Source: Pseudomonas aeruginosa PAO1 (GTDB lineage: Bacteria; Pseudomonadota; Gammaproteobacteria; Pseudomonadales; Pseudomonadaceae). From it: a stretch of 64,000 nucleotides of DNA. Numbering within the stretch: the stretch's first letter is position 1; each line of letters starts with the position of its first letter. The notes below the pieces were generated by a model. It was not told the DNA's origin. It did no database searches and was given only the letters and a program-made list of their open reading frames with translations. Location: the NCBI RefSeq assembly GCF_000006765.1, contig NC_002516.2. One strand, given 5' to 3'. Of the stretch, positions 1 to 10,116 are shown in pieces. Made by a program: the position numbers and the translations under genes.

Positions 1-476
1 TAGCTGGCGACCCCGGCCACCAGCCAGGGATGGAACGCCGGAATCAGGTGCAGGCCTTCGCGCCGGGCGCGCTCGGCGGCGTATTCGCGGGAGGCCTGGA
101 AGTCCTCGCCGTGCTCAATCAGCTCCGCGCCAAGGCTGCGCATCGCCGCGTTCTTCTCGCGGCTGTTGCCGTGCGGCACGACGATGATCGGCTGGATGCC
201 GTAGCGGCTCGCCGAGAAGGCCACCGACTGGCCGTGGTTGCCGCGGGTCGCGCTGATCACGGCGGCCGGCCGCTCGCCCTGGTGCGCCAGGTGGTGGAAA
301 TACACCAGGCCGCCGCGCAGTTTGAAGGCCCCCACCGGCAGGTGGTTCTCGTGCTTCATCCACACTTCGCAACCCAGTGCCTCGCATAGCAGCGGCCAGC
401 GTATCTGCGGCGTCGGCGGCAGGCTCTGGTGGACGATGGCGGCGGCCTGTTGGAGGGCGGCGAGAGAAAAAGGCAT
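1..476 (-). CDS. PLP-dependent threonine/serine dehydratase family protein (fold type II), C-terminal part outside window
   Basis: Not in the ORF track; translated by hand from ATG at 476: MPFSLAALQQ...MKHENHLPVGAFKLRGG (PLP Lys motif) ...SATRGNHG; the frame runs off the left edge. Confidence 0.85.
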   Translation of the reverse strand, partial: MPFSLAALQQAAAIVHQSLPPTPQIRWPLLCEALGCEVWMKHENHLPVGAFKLRGGLVYFHHLAHQGERPAAVISATRGNHGQSVAFSASRYGIQPIIVVPHGNSREKNAAMRSLGAELIEHGEDFQASREYAAERARREGLHLIPAFHPWLVAGVAS

Positions 477-613
477 GCGTGGTTTCCCCGTGCTGGTGGT
501 CGGACCAGCCTAGGGAGCGCACGGCAGCTTGAACAGGCACACGTAGCCAGGGTTTCGCCGGGGGACTGTACCGTTGCGCGGATTCGCCGTCTCGCGGCGG
601 GTGCCTGGCGGCG

Positions 614-646
614 AAAACGACTGCCGCCCGGAGCGGGCGGCAGTCG
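614..646 (-). terminator. Rho-independent terminator of cbpD
   Basis: Perfect 13-bp stem CGACTGCCGCCCG/CGGGCGGCAGTCG (618-646); AAAA at 614-617 gives a U-tract on the minus strand. Confidence 0.8.
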
Positions 647-652
647 AGGGCG

Positions 653-1822
653 TTACAGCAGGGTCCAGGCGTCCTGCCAGGCCATGCCCTTGCCCGGGGC
701 GTAGTAGAGGTCCCAGCCCTTGCACCAGCCGGAGTTCGGGTAGGGCTTGCACTGGTAGCGCTTGCCATCGGCACCGCGCACTACGGTCCCGGCGTCGTAT
801 TGCTGCAGGCCTTGCGGATAGTCGAAGTCGACCTTGCCGTCGCCGCCCGGTTGCTCGCCGCCGCCCTCGACCGGCAGTTCGATGTCGACCTGGAAGCGGT
901 AGCCGGCCTGGCGCACGTAGACCTGGTTGTCCTGCGAGCTGGCCACCGGGCTGACCGCCCCGTAGGCATCCAGCACGCCGATGTTGACCAGGGTGGAGTC
1001 CTGGTTGACCTTCTGCGCCAGCGCCAGCGGCCATTGCTTGGCACCGTTGGCGCCCTGGGCCAGGGTCAGGCTGTGACGCTGGGCGTCGCGGCCCTGGGCA
1101 TCGAACAGACGCAGGGTGACGGTAGCACCGGCTGGCAGGTCCTGCTGCGCGCGCAGGTTGCCCAGCGCTTGCCAGGGGTTGGCGACGGCGCCGCTGAAGC
1201 TCACGTCGATGCAGGCGTAGAAGGCTTCCGGGCTGTCCGAGCGCTGCCAGACGTTATAGATCACATGCTTGCCGGTCTTGCCCTGGGGCAGCGGGCAGTT
1301 CATCCGGTAGGTGCCGTTCTCCAGCTTGACGCTGGTGATCGAGCAGAACGGCGCGGGTTCCAGGTCGCTCCAGGCCAGCGGCTTCTCGGGGTTATAGCCG
1401 TCCTTGGTGATGTAGAAGTCGAAGTAGCGGGTCGCGTGCGGCGCGCTGGCCTTGTAGACGAACTGGAAGTTGCCGCTGGCGTCCGGCGCGATGGCAGTGC
1501 TGGGCCAGTCGCTGCGAGCCAGGTTCAGGCCCTTGAACAGTGCCTTGCCGGCGCCGCAGAGCTGGCCGTCGGGGACCACCGCCTGGTGGTTGCCGTTGGC
1601 GTTGCCCTGGTTGACGCCATTCCAGTCGTACAGTGCCTGGGTGCCGCCGGCGGCGACGGCGGCCTTGCAGGCGGCCGACTTGGGATTCTCCGGACCTTCG
1701 AGGAAGCAGCCGTAGACCCGACTGGGCGGCGTTTCCATCGAGCCGTGGGCATGGGCTGCCTGGGGCAGGAACAGGGCGAGGGTGAGTGGCAGGAGTGCCA
1801 GGGTGGCTGAGTAGTGTTTCAT
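653..1822 (-). CDS. cbpD: Chitin-binding protein CbpD, secreted AA10 lytic polysaccharide monooxygenase
   Basis: Signal peptide ending AHA followed by mature His1 (HGSME, histidine brace); WQRSDSPEAFYACIDV AA10 motif; C-terminal small carbohydrate-binding module; 389 aa. Confidence 0.96.
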   Translation of the reverse strand: MKHYSATLALLPLTLALFLPQAAHAHGSMETPPSRVYGCFLEGPENPKSAACKAAVAAGGTQALYDWNGVNQGNANGNHQAVVPDGQLCGAGKALFKGLNLARSDWPSTAIAPDASGNFQFVYKASAPHATRYFDFYITKDGYNPEKPLAWSDLEPAPFCSITSVKLENGTYRMNCPLPQGKTGKHVIYNVWQRSDSPEAFYACIDVSFSGAVANPWQALGNLRAQQDLPAGATVTLRLFDAQGRDAQRHSLTLAQGANGAKQWPLALAQKVNQDSTLVNIGVLDAYGAVSPVASSQDNQVYVRQAGYRFQVDIELPVEGGGEQPGGDGKVDFDYPQGLQQYDAGTVVRGADGKRYQCKPYPNSGWCKGWDLYYAPGKGMAWQDAWTLL

Positions 1823-2048
1823 GACAAGTCCTTTTTTCCAGAACCGGATTCATTTCGAAGCGGGCTGATCCTAGCCCTCGGTGCCGGTTTGAGGTCCCTA
1901 CCAAATGTGACGGGCCGGTCAGATTCGCTACCCATTCCTGATGGATGTCGCGGAATGCAAAGCGGTCGGCACCCGCACTGTGAGCCGGTAGAGGCAGGCA
2001 AAGGGCCGCCATGGGGGCGGGGAAGGGAAGCCGGCGGGAAGGTGGCGG

Positions 2049-2068
2049 ACCTGTCAGAACGATCAGTG
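2049..2068. promoter_or_regulatory. Candidate las/rhl (lux) box upstream of cbpD
   Basis: ACCTGTCAGAACGATCAGTG fits NNCT-N12-AGNN; cbpD is known to be quorum-sensing regulated. Confidence 0.4.
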
Positions 2069-2101
2069 TCCGCGCCCGGCCGCAGCCGGGCGGGAAGGGA
2101 A

Positions 2102-2717
2102 CTAGACCTGGCTGCCGAGCTGTTCGGCGCGACGCAGCCAGCCCTGGCGCTGTTCCTCGCTGGAACTGCGCATCGGCGCGAACTCTTCCAGGCGGCGGGT
2201 GGCGATGCCACAGGCGCCGAGCACGCTGCGCACCATCTGCCGGTGCGCCGGCGGGCCCTTGAGGAAGCGCAGCCGCGACAGCGGCTGGTCGTGGCAGACC
2301 AGCAGGTCGGCGCTGCGCCCGCCCAGCAGTTGCTCCCAGTCCTTGTCCTGGGTGCCGCGGTAGCGGAAGGCGAAGCCCGGCTGCAGGACGCGGTCGAAGA
2401 AGCCCTGCAGCAACGCCGGCAGGCCGCCCCACCAGACCGGGTAGACGAACACCAGGTGCTCGGCCCAGTGGATCTGCCGCTGCGCTTCCAGCAGGTCGGG
2501 TTCGAGCACCTGGCTCTGTTCGTAGCCTTCGTGGAGGATCGGGTCGAAGGCCAGCTCGCCCAGCTTCAGTTCGCGCACCACGTGATCCTTGCTGCGCGCG
2601 CCCTGGGCGTAGCATTCGGCGAGCAGGTGGCAGAAGCTCTTGCGCTTGGGCGAGCCGACGATCAGCAGGATGCGCTTGCCGTCGCCTTCCAGCGGGGTGG
2701 CGCCGGTCTTGGCGGTT

Positions 2718-2725
<8 letters not shown>
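2102..2725 (-). CDS. Flavodoxin-like NAD(P)H:quinone oxidoreductase (Flavodoxin_2/MdaB family)
   Basis: GSP...S FMN loop and [18 protein letters not shown] motif; overlaps the fumC2 stop by 8 bp. Confidence 0.85.
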
Positions 2726-4112
<1,387 letters not shown>

Positions 4113-4240
4113 GAGTGTTCTCCAGGGTGCGTATCCGGCAGTTTAGGCCTTCGCTCCCGCCTTGGGTTCCGCTGCCGTCGCTTCCTCGTGGGCATTTTTC
4201 GCCGCGCTGCGGGTCGGAAATAGATTGCCCGCCGCCGGCC

Positions 4241-5260
4241 TCACCAGCGCGCGCGGGTCGAACCGATCCAGCCGAGGGCGCCGTCCACCGGCACGCAGTC
4301 GCCGTCGTCGTGGCGCAGGGTGCCGTTGAAACGGCCGAACCACTGGCGGGTATTGGCATAGAACAGGCCGACGCTGGGCCGCGCCTGGTGCAGCTGTTCG
4401 GGACGGAAGAGCAGCTCGACGCGACCGCAGGCGCTGTCCAGGCGCCATTCGGCCAGCGGGTCGCGAGGCTCGCGGATGTGCACGTCGTCGAGCACGCGGC
4501 TGAGCTTGCCGCCGAACCACAGGGCGTTCTCGCGCAGGTCGCTGGCTTCGGTCCAGCCGGTGCCGAAGTTGCCGGCGATGCCGCCGGGGGCGGCGAAGGC
4601 GGCGCGGGTCCAGTAGGTATGCAGCGGCCAGACACCGCGGCCGAAGTCCAGCGCGGCGAAGCTCTGGCCCGCCTGGCAGTCGTAGCGTCGGCGGCCGAGC
4701 TGCAGGCAGCCGCTGATCGGCAGGCCGAGCTGGCGGCTGCAGGCATGGAAGGTGTGTTCGCCCATCGGCACCACCAGGTTCACCGACTCCAGGTGCGACG
4801 GTCGTCGCACTTCCAGCGCCAGCTCCAGCGGCAGGCCACCGAGGTCCGGGGCCTGGCCGGTGACGCGCAGGCGCCCGGGCTGTTCGTCGAAGCGCAATTG
4901 CAGGCGGGGATGCTCGAAGGCATGGCTGGCCTGCGGCTCGTCGGGCAACTGGCAGCCGAGGCCGAAGAAGCGGATCTGCGTGTGCGCTACCGCCTGGCCG
5001 CTGTCCAGGTCGAGGAAATAGGCGGCGCCGTAGGTCAGGTAGTCGAGGTCGGCGATGGTCAGCGAGAGCATCCAGCCGGGGCTGACGATGCACCAGTGGT
5101 TCCAGCGCTTGCGCCGGCCGAAGTGGCCGGGGATGTGGCAGAGCACCCGCGGCCGGGCGGACCAGCCGACCGCCCGGGGATCGAGCCGGCCGTGGCCGTC
5201 GCAGAGGTTGCGCAGGGGCGGGGGCGATACGGCGAGGGTATCGGCGGCGGTTCCGTTCAT
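4241..5260 (-). CDS. Conserved hypothetical protein, probably DUF2804 family
   Basis: 339-aa ORF with KRWNHW motif and Trp-rich beta-type composition; family assignment from recollection. Confidence 0.65.
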   Translation of the reverse strand: MNGTAADTLAVSPPPLRNLCDGHGRLDPRAVGWSARPRVLCHIPGHFGRRKRWNHWCIVSPGWMLSLTIADLDYLTYGAAYFLDLDSGQAVAHTQIRFFGLGCQLPDEPQASHAFEHPRLQLRFDEQPGRLRVTGQAPDLGGLPLELALEVRRPSHLESVNLVVPMGEHTFHACSRQLGLPISGCLQLGRRRYDCQAGQSFAALDFGRGVWPLHTYWTRAAFAAPGGIAGNFGTGWTEASDLRENALWFGGKLSRVLDDVHIREPRDPLAEWRLDSACGRVELLFRPEQLHQARPSVGLFYANTRQWFGRFNGTLRHDDGDCVPVDGALGWIGSTRARW

Positions 5261-5471
5261 CTAACACATCCATGTGACAGGCTGACGCAAGCATGCCGGC
5301 TGCGGAAGGAAGGCGGCAAGTACCCACTACAGAACTGATAGTAGACGGCATGGAGCGGCGGGCGCCGGATAGGATTCTCCCGATATTCGGCGCCGCGCTT
5401 GAGCGGATTTCGAACTTAGGCGCAGAATGTCGGGTCCCACGGACACATCTACCCAACCTCAAGGATTTTCC

Positions 5472-5975
5472 ATGACCCGTCTTCGCCTCATCGGCAGCGC
5501 CGTGCTGCTCAGCCTCAGCTCCATGGCCATGGCCGATTCCGCCAGCCAGGCCGAGCAATTCCTCAAGCTGGTCCATGCCGACAAGCTGACGGTCCCGGTC
5601 TATGCCCAGGTGCAGCAGATGCTGGCCCAGCGCTTCGCCCAGGCCAAGGCGCCGGAGAGCAAGAAGGCGGTTCTCGAGCGTTACCAGGCCAAGGCCAATG
5701 CCGAACTGGACCGCGCCATCGGCTGGGACAAGATCAAGCCCGAGCTGATCAAGCTCTACACCACCAACTTCACCGAGTCCGAGCTGAAGGACCTGAATGC
5801 CTTCTACCAGTCGCCGCTGGGCAAGAAGGTGCTGGAGAAGATGCCGCGCCTGACCGCCGAATCCGCCCAACTGACCCAGGCCAAGCTGCAAGGCGCCGTC
5901 GAGCCGGTGAACAAGCTGATGGCCGACATGGACAAGGAACTCGGCGTCGCCGCGCCGGCCCAGAAGAAAAAGTGA
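5472..5975 (+). CDS. Exported DUF2059-family protein
   Basis: AAGGA SD before ATG 5472; signal peptide (AMA site); FTESELKDLNAFYQSPLGKK motif. Confidence 0.8.
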   Translation: MTRLRLIGSAVLLSLSSMAMADSASQAEQFLKLVHADKLTVPVYAQVQQMLAQRFAQAKAPESKKAVLERYQAKANAELDRAIGWDKIKPELIKLYTTNFTESELKDLNAFYQSPLGKKVLEKMPRLTAESAQLTQAKLQGAVEPVNKLMADMDKELGVAAPAQKKK

Positions 5976-5988
5976 GTCGTGATTCGCG

Positions 5989-6294
5989 ATGAGCATGCGT
6001 GACCGTATCCAGACCGCCCTGCAGCCCCTCGATCCGCAACACGTCGAGGTGCTCGACGAGAGCCACATGCACAGCCGCGGGCTGGAGACCCACTTCAAGG
6101 TGGTGCTGGTCAGCCCGCAGTTCGCCGGGTTGAACGCGGTGAAGCGGCACCAGAAGGTATATGCCACCCTCGGTGGGTTGATGGGCGAGTTCCACGCCTT
6201 GGCGCTGCATACCTTCACCCCTGAGGAGTGGAGCCAGGCTGCGGTGCCGGCCTCGCCGACCTGCCGCGGCGGGAGCAAGCACGACATACCCTGA
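5989..6294 (+). CDS. bolA: BolA-family morphogene protein
   Basis: [26 protein letters not shown] and HALAL BolA motifs. Confidence 0.92.
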
Positions 6295-6388
6295 GACGGC
6301 GTCCGTCGCGGCGGGGTGCAGAGCCTGCCCCTGCTGCGCTAGACTACGCACCCAGCGCCGGCCTTCCGCCGGCGTTGTCGTTTCCATG

Positions 6389-6409
6389 GCGCCAGCGGCT
6401 GGCGCTTTT
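6389..6409 (+). terminator. Possible weak terminator between bolA and trhO
   Basis: GCGCCAG-CGG-CTGGCGC followed by TTTT. Confidence 0.35.
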
Positions 6410-6458
6410 CGTTCCGGTCCGCCCTTTACGCGGGCGACCACCTGGAGGCTATATCCCC

Positions 6459-7397
6459 ATGACATCCATCGTCGTGGCGGCGCTGTACAAGTTCGTGACT
6501 CTCGACGATTACGTGGCGCTGCGTGAACCCCTGCTGCAAACCCTGCTCGACAACGGTGTGAAAGGCACCTTGCTGCTGGCCGAGGAAGGCATCAACGGCA
6601 CCGTCTCCGGTAGCCGCGAAGGCATCGATGCGCTGTTCGCCTGGCTGCGCAGCGATCCCCGGCTGGCCGATATCGAGCACAAGGAGTCCTACTGCGACGA
6701 ACAGCCGTTCTACCGCACCAAGGTCAAGCTGAAGAAGGAAATCGTCACCCTCGGCGTGCCTGGCGTCGATCCGAACAAGCAGGTCGGCCAGTATGTCGAG
6801 GCGAAGGACTGGAATGCCCTGATCAGCGATCCGGAAGTCCTGCTGATCGATACCCGCAACGACTACGAGGTGGCGATCGGCACCTTCGAGGGCGCGGTCG
6901 ATCCGAAGACCAGGTCGTTCCGCGAGTTCCCCGAGTACATCAAGGCCCACTACGACCCGGCGCGGCACAAGAAGGTGGCGATGTTCTGCACCGGCGGCAT
7001 CCGCTGCGAGAAGGCTTCCAGCTACATGCTCGGCGCCGGTTTCGAGGAGGTCTTCCACCTCAAGGGCGGCATCCTCAAGTACCTCGAAGAGGTGCCGCAG
7101 GAACAGAGCCTGTGGCGCGGCGACTGCTTCGTATTCGACAACCGCGTGACCGTGCGCCACGATCTTAGCGAGGGCGAGTACGATCAGTGCCACGCCTGCC
7201 GCAACCCGGTTTCGCTGGAGGACCGCCAGTCCGAGCACTACGTGCCCGGCATCAGCTGTCCGCACTGCTGGGACTCGCTGAGCGAGAAGACCCGCGCCGG
7301 CGCTCGCGAGCGGCAGAAACAGATCGAACTGGCGCGGCAGCGCAACCAGCCGCACCCGCTCGGTCGCGATCCGCGCCAGTCCACGCTGGAGAACTGA
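6459..7397 (+). CDS. trhO: Rhodanese-domain tRNA uridine(34) hydroxylase (TrhO/YceA)
   Basis: [37 protein letters not shown] and FVFDNR motifs; GGAGG SD before ATG 6459. Confidence 0.88.
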
Positions 7398-7400
7398 ACC

Positions 7401-8039
7401 TTGGCCAAGGCCCGCCTGCTGTACGTGATGGACCCCATGTGCTCCTGGTGCTGGGGCTTCGCCCCGGTCGCCGAGGCGCTGTCCCGGCAGGCGGCCGCCG
7501 ACGGCGTCGCTTTCCACCTGGTAGCCGGTGGCCTGCGCGCCGGCCACGGCGCGGCGCTCGACCCGAATACCCGCGGCTACATCCTCGGCCACTGGCAGAC
7601 CGTGCAGCAGACCACCGGCCAGCCGTTCCGCTTCGACGACGCGTTGCCCGATGGCTTCGTCTATGACACCGAGCCGGCCTGCCGGGCCCTGGTGGCGGCG
7701 CGCAGCCTCGACGAGGAAAGCGCCTGGCCGCTGGTGAGGGCGATCCAGCGGGCGTTCTACGCCGAGGGTCGCGATGTCACCCAGGCGGCGGTGCTCGCCG
7801 GCCTGGCGGAAGCGGTGGGGCTTCCGCGCATCGAGTTCGCCGCGGCCTTCGACAGCGGCGAGGCGCGTGACGCCACCGCCGCCGATTTCGCCTGGGTCCA
7901 GGACCTCGGCATCGCCGGGTTCCCGACCCTGCTGGCCGAACGCAACGGCCAACTGGCGTTGCTCACCAACGGCTACCAGCCGCTTGCCGAACTTTCACCT
8001 TTGCTCGGCCGCTGGCTGGAACGGGGCCGGCATGAGTGA
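7401..8039 (+). CDS. Cytoplasmic DsbA/FrnE-like thioredoxin-fold protein
   Basis: DPMCSWCWGF (CxxC) and GFPTL cis-Pro motif; no signal peptide; TTG start 3 nt after the trhO stop. Confidence 0.8.
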   Translation: MAKARLLYVMDPMCSWCWGFAPVAEALSRQAAADGVAFHLVAGGLRAGHGAALDPNTRGYILGHWQTVQQTTGQPFRFDDALPDGFVYDTEPACRALVAARSLDEESAWPLVRAIQRAFYAEGRDVTQAAVLAGLAEAVGLPRIEFAAAFDSGEARDATAADFAWVQDLGIAGFPTLLAERNGQLALLTNGYQPLAELSPLLGRWLERGRHE

Positions 8040-9822
8040 GCGCGGAGACCGCCTGAGCTGGGCGGAGATTCGTCGACTCGCACTGCGCCACAAGAAAGCC
8101 CTGTTGTTCGCCAACCTGGTGGCGGTGCTGGCCACCCTCTGCACCGTGCCGATTCCCTTGCTGCTGCCGCTGCTGGTGGACGAAGTGCTGCTCGGCAAGG
8201 GTGACGGCGCGCTGCGTTTCATGGACCGCCTGTTGCCCGCCGACTGGCAGGTGGCGTTCGGCTACATCGGCCTGATGCTGGCGGCGACCCTTCTGTTGCG
8301 GGGGGCGGCGCTGGTATTCAACGTGCTCCAGGCGAAGCTGTTCGCGCGGCTGTCCAAGGACATCGTCTACCGCATCCGCCTGCGTCTGATCGAGCGCCTC
8401 CGGCATATCGCCCTGGGCGAATACGAAACCCTCGGCGGCGGGTCGATCAGCGCCCACCTGGTCACCGACCTGGATACCCTGGACAAGTTCGTCGGGGAAA
8501 CCCTCAGCCGCTTCCTGGTCGCCTTGCTGACGCTGCTCGGCACCGCCGCGATCCTGGTCTGGATGCACTGGCAGCTGGCCTTGCTGATCCTGCTGTTCAA
8601 CCCGCTGGTGATCTGGTCCACGGTGCAGCTGGGCAAGCGCGTCAAGCATCTCAAGAAGCTCGAGAACGACAGCACCGCGCGCTTCACCCAGGCGCTCACC
8701 GAGACCCTCGAGGCGATCCAGGAAGTCCGCGCCGGCAATCGCCAGGGCTATTTCCTCGGCCGCCTCGGCCACCGCGCCCAGGAAGTCCGCGACTACGCCG
8801 TGGCCTCGCAATGGAAAAGCGACGCCGCCGGGCGCGCCAGCGGCCTGCTGTTCCAGTTCGGCATCGATGTGTTCCGCGCCGCGGCGATGCTTACCGTGCT
8901 GCTCTCGGACCTGTCGATCGGCCAGATGCTCGCGGTGTTCAGCTACCTCTGGTTCATGATCGGTCCGGTCGAACAGCTGCTCGGCCTGCAATACGCCTAC
9001 TACGCCGCTGGCGGCGCGTTGCAGCGGATCAACGAGTTGCTGGCGCGGGCCGACGAGCCGCGCTACCCGCCGCTGCGCGATCCGTTCGCCGGCCGCACGA
9101 CCGTTGGCATCGAGGTGCGCGGGCTGGATTTCGCCTACGGCGAGGACAAGGTCCTGGAGCAGTTGGACCTGAACATCGGCGCCGGCGAGAAGGTTGCCCT
9201 GGTCGGCGCCAGCGGCGGCGGCAAGAGCACGCTGGTGCAACTGCTACTCGGCCTCTACAGTGCGCAGCGCGGCAGCATCCGCTACGGCGGGGTGCCCCTG
9301 GAGGAAATCGGCCTGGACTGCGTGCGCGAACATGTCGCGGTGGTCCTCCAGCATCCGGCGCTGTTCAACGACAGCGTGCGGGCCAACCTGACCATGGGCC
9401 GCGAACGCAGCGACCAGGCCTGCTGGCGGGCTTTGGAGATCGCCCAGTTGGCCGACGGCGTGCGGCGCCTGCCGCAGGGGCTGGACACCGTGGTCGGGCG
9501 TTCCGGGGTGCGCCTGTCGGGCGGTCAGCGGCAGCGCCTGGCGATCGCCCGGATGATCCTCGCCGAGCCCAAGGTGGTGATCCTCGACGAGGCCACCTCG
9601 GCCCTCGACGCCGCTACCGAGTACGCCCTGCACCAGGCGCTCGGCGACTTCCTCGAAGGCCGCACCACATTGATCGTGGCTCATCGGCTGTCGGCGGTGA
9701 AGCAGGCCGACCGGGTCCTGGTCTTCGATGGCGGGCATATCGCCGAAGACGGCGACCACCAGCAACTGATCGCCGAAGGCGGCCTCTACGCCCGGCTCTA
9801 CGGACATCTGCAACAGATGTGA
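8032..9822 (+). CDS. ABC exporter, fused permease/ATPase (half transporter)
   Basis: N-terminal TM helices; Walker A GASGGGKS, signature LSGGQ, Walker B ILDE, H-loop; ATG 8032 overlaps the preceding gene. Confidence 0.92.
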   Translation: MSERGDRLSWAEIRRLALRHKKALLFANLVAVLATLCTVPIPLLLPLLVDEVLLGKGDGALRFMDRLLPADWQVAFGYIGLMLAATLLLRGAALVFNVLQAKLFARLSKDIVYRIRLRLIERLRHIALGEYETLGGGSISAHLVTDLDTLDKFVGETLSRFLVALLTLLGTAAILVWMHWQLALLILLFNPLVIWSTVQLGKRVKHLKKLENDSTARFTQALTETLEAIQEVRAGNRQGYFLGRLGHRAQEVRDYAVASQWKSDAAGRASGLLFQFGIDVFRAAAMLTVLLSDLSIGQMLAVFSYLWFMIGPVEQLLGLQYAYYAAGGALQRINELLARADEPRYPPLRDPFAGRTTVGIEVRGLDFAYGEDKVLEQLDLNIGAGEKVALVGASGGGKSTLVQLLLGLYSAQRGSIRYGGVPLEEIGLDCVREHVAVVLQHPALFNDSVRANLTMGRERSDQACWRALEIAQLADGVRRLPQGLDTVVGRSGVRLSGGQRQRLAIARMILAEPKVVILDEATSALDAATEYALHQALGDFLEGRTTLIVAHRLSAVKQADRVLVFDGGHIAEDGDHQQLIAEGGLYARLYGHLQQM

Positions 9823-10116
9823 GGCGCCAGGCTGTCGCCTGGCGGTTTTTCTCGTATATTCCATATAAGACATCCGGTTTTTATTGGCTGCGGCAATAAA
9901 AAACGCTGTCTGTTCCGCCAGGTGCAGGGCAGGTTCGGCAAACAGCCACTAGACTCCTACTGTTTGCCGGGTGTCCGCCTCCTCCAGCGTCGTGGCTGCC
10001 GGCAGGCAAGGCCTCGGGAGTTCTGCGACGGGATCTTGAGCGGCCGACAGGTGATGCAGTCAGGGGTGACGGAGACGGCACCCGATCGCTTAGCGCCAGT
10101 TTGAATGGTAGATGGA

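Noticed and set aside
1896-1915. Second lux-box-like sequence CCCTACCAAATGTGACGGGC upstream of cbpD
   Set aside because: Lacks the conserved AG at positions 17-18
4143-6287. 714-aa minus-strand ORF and the many similar Arg/Pro/Ala-rich alternative-frame ORFs across the window
   Set aside because: They overlap well-supported genes and lack domains or SD sites; GC artefacts
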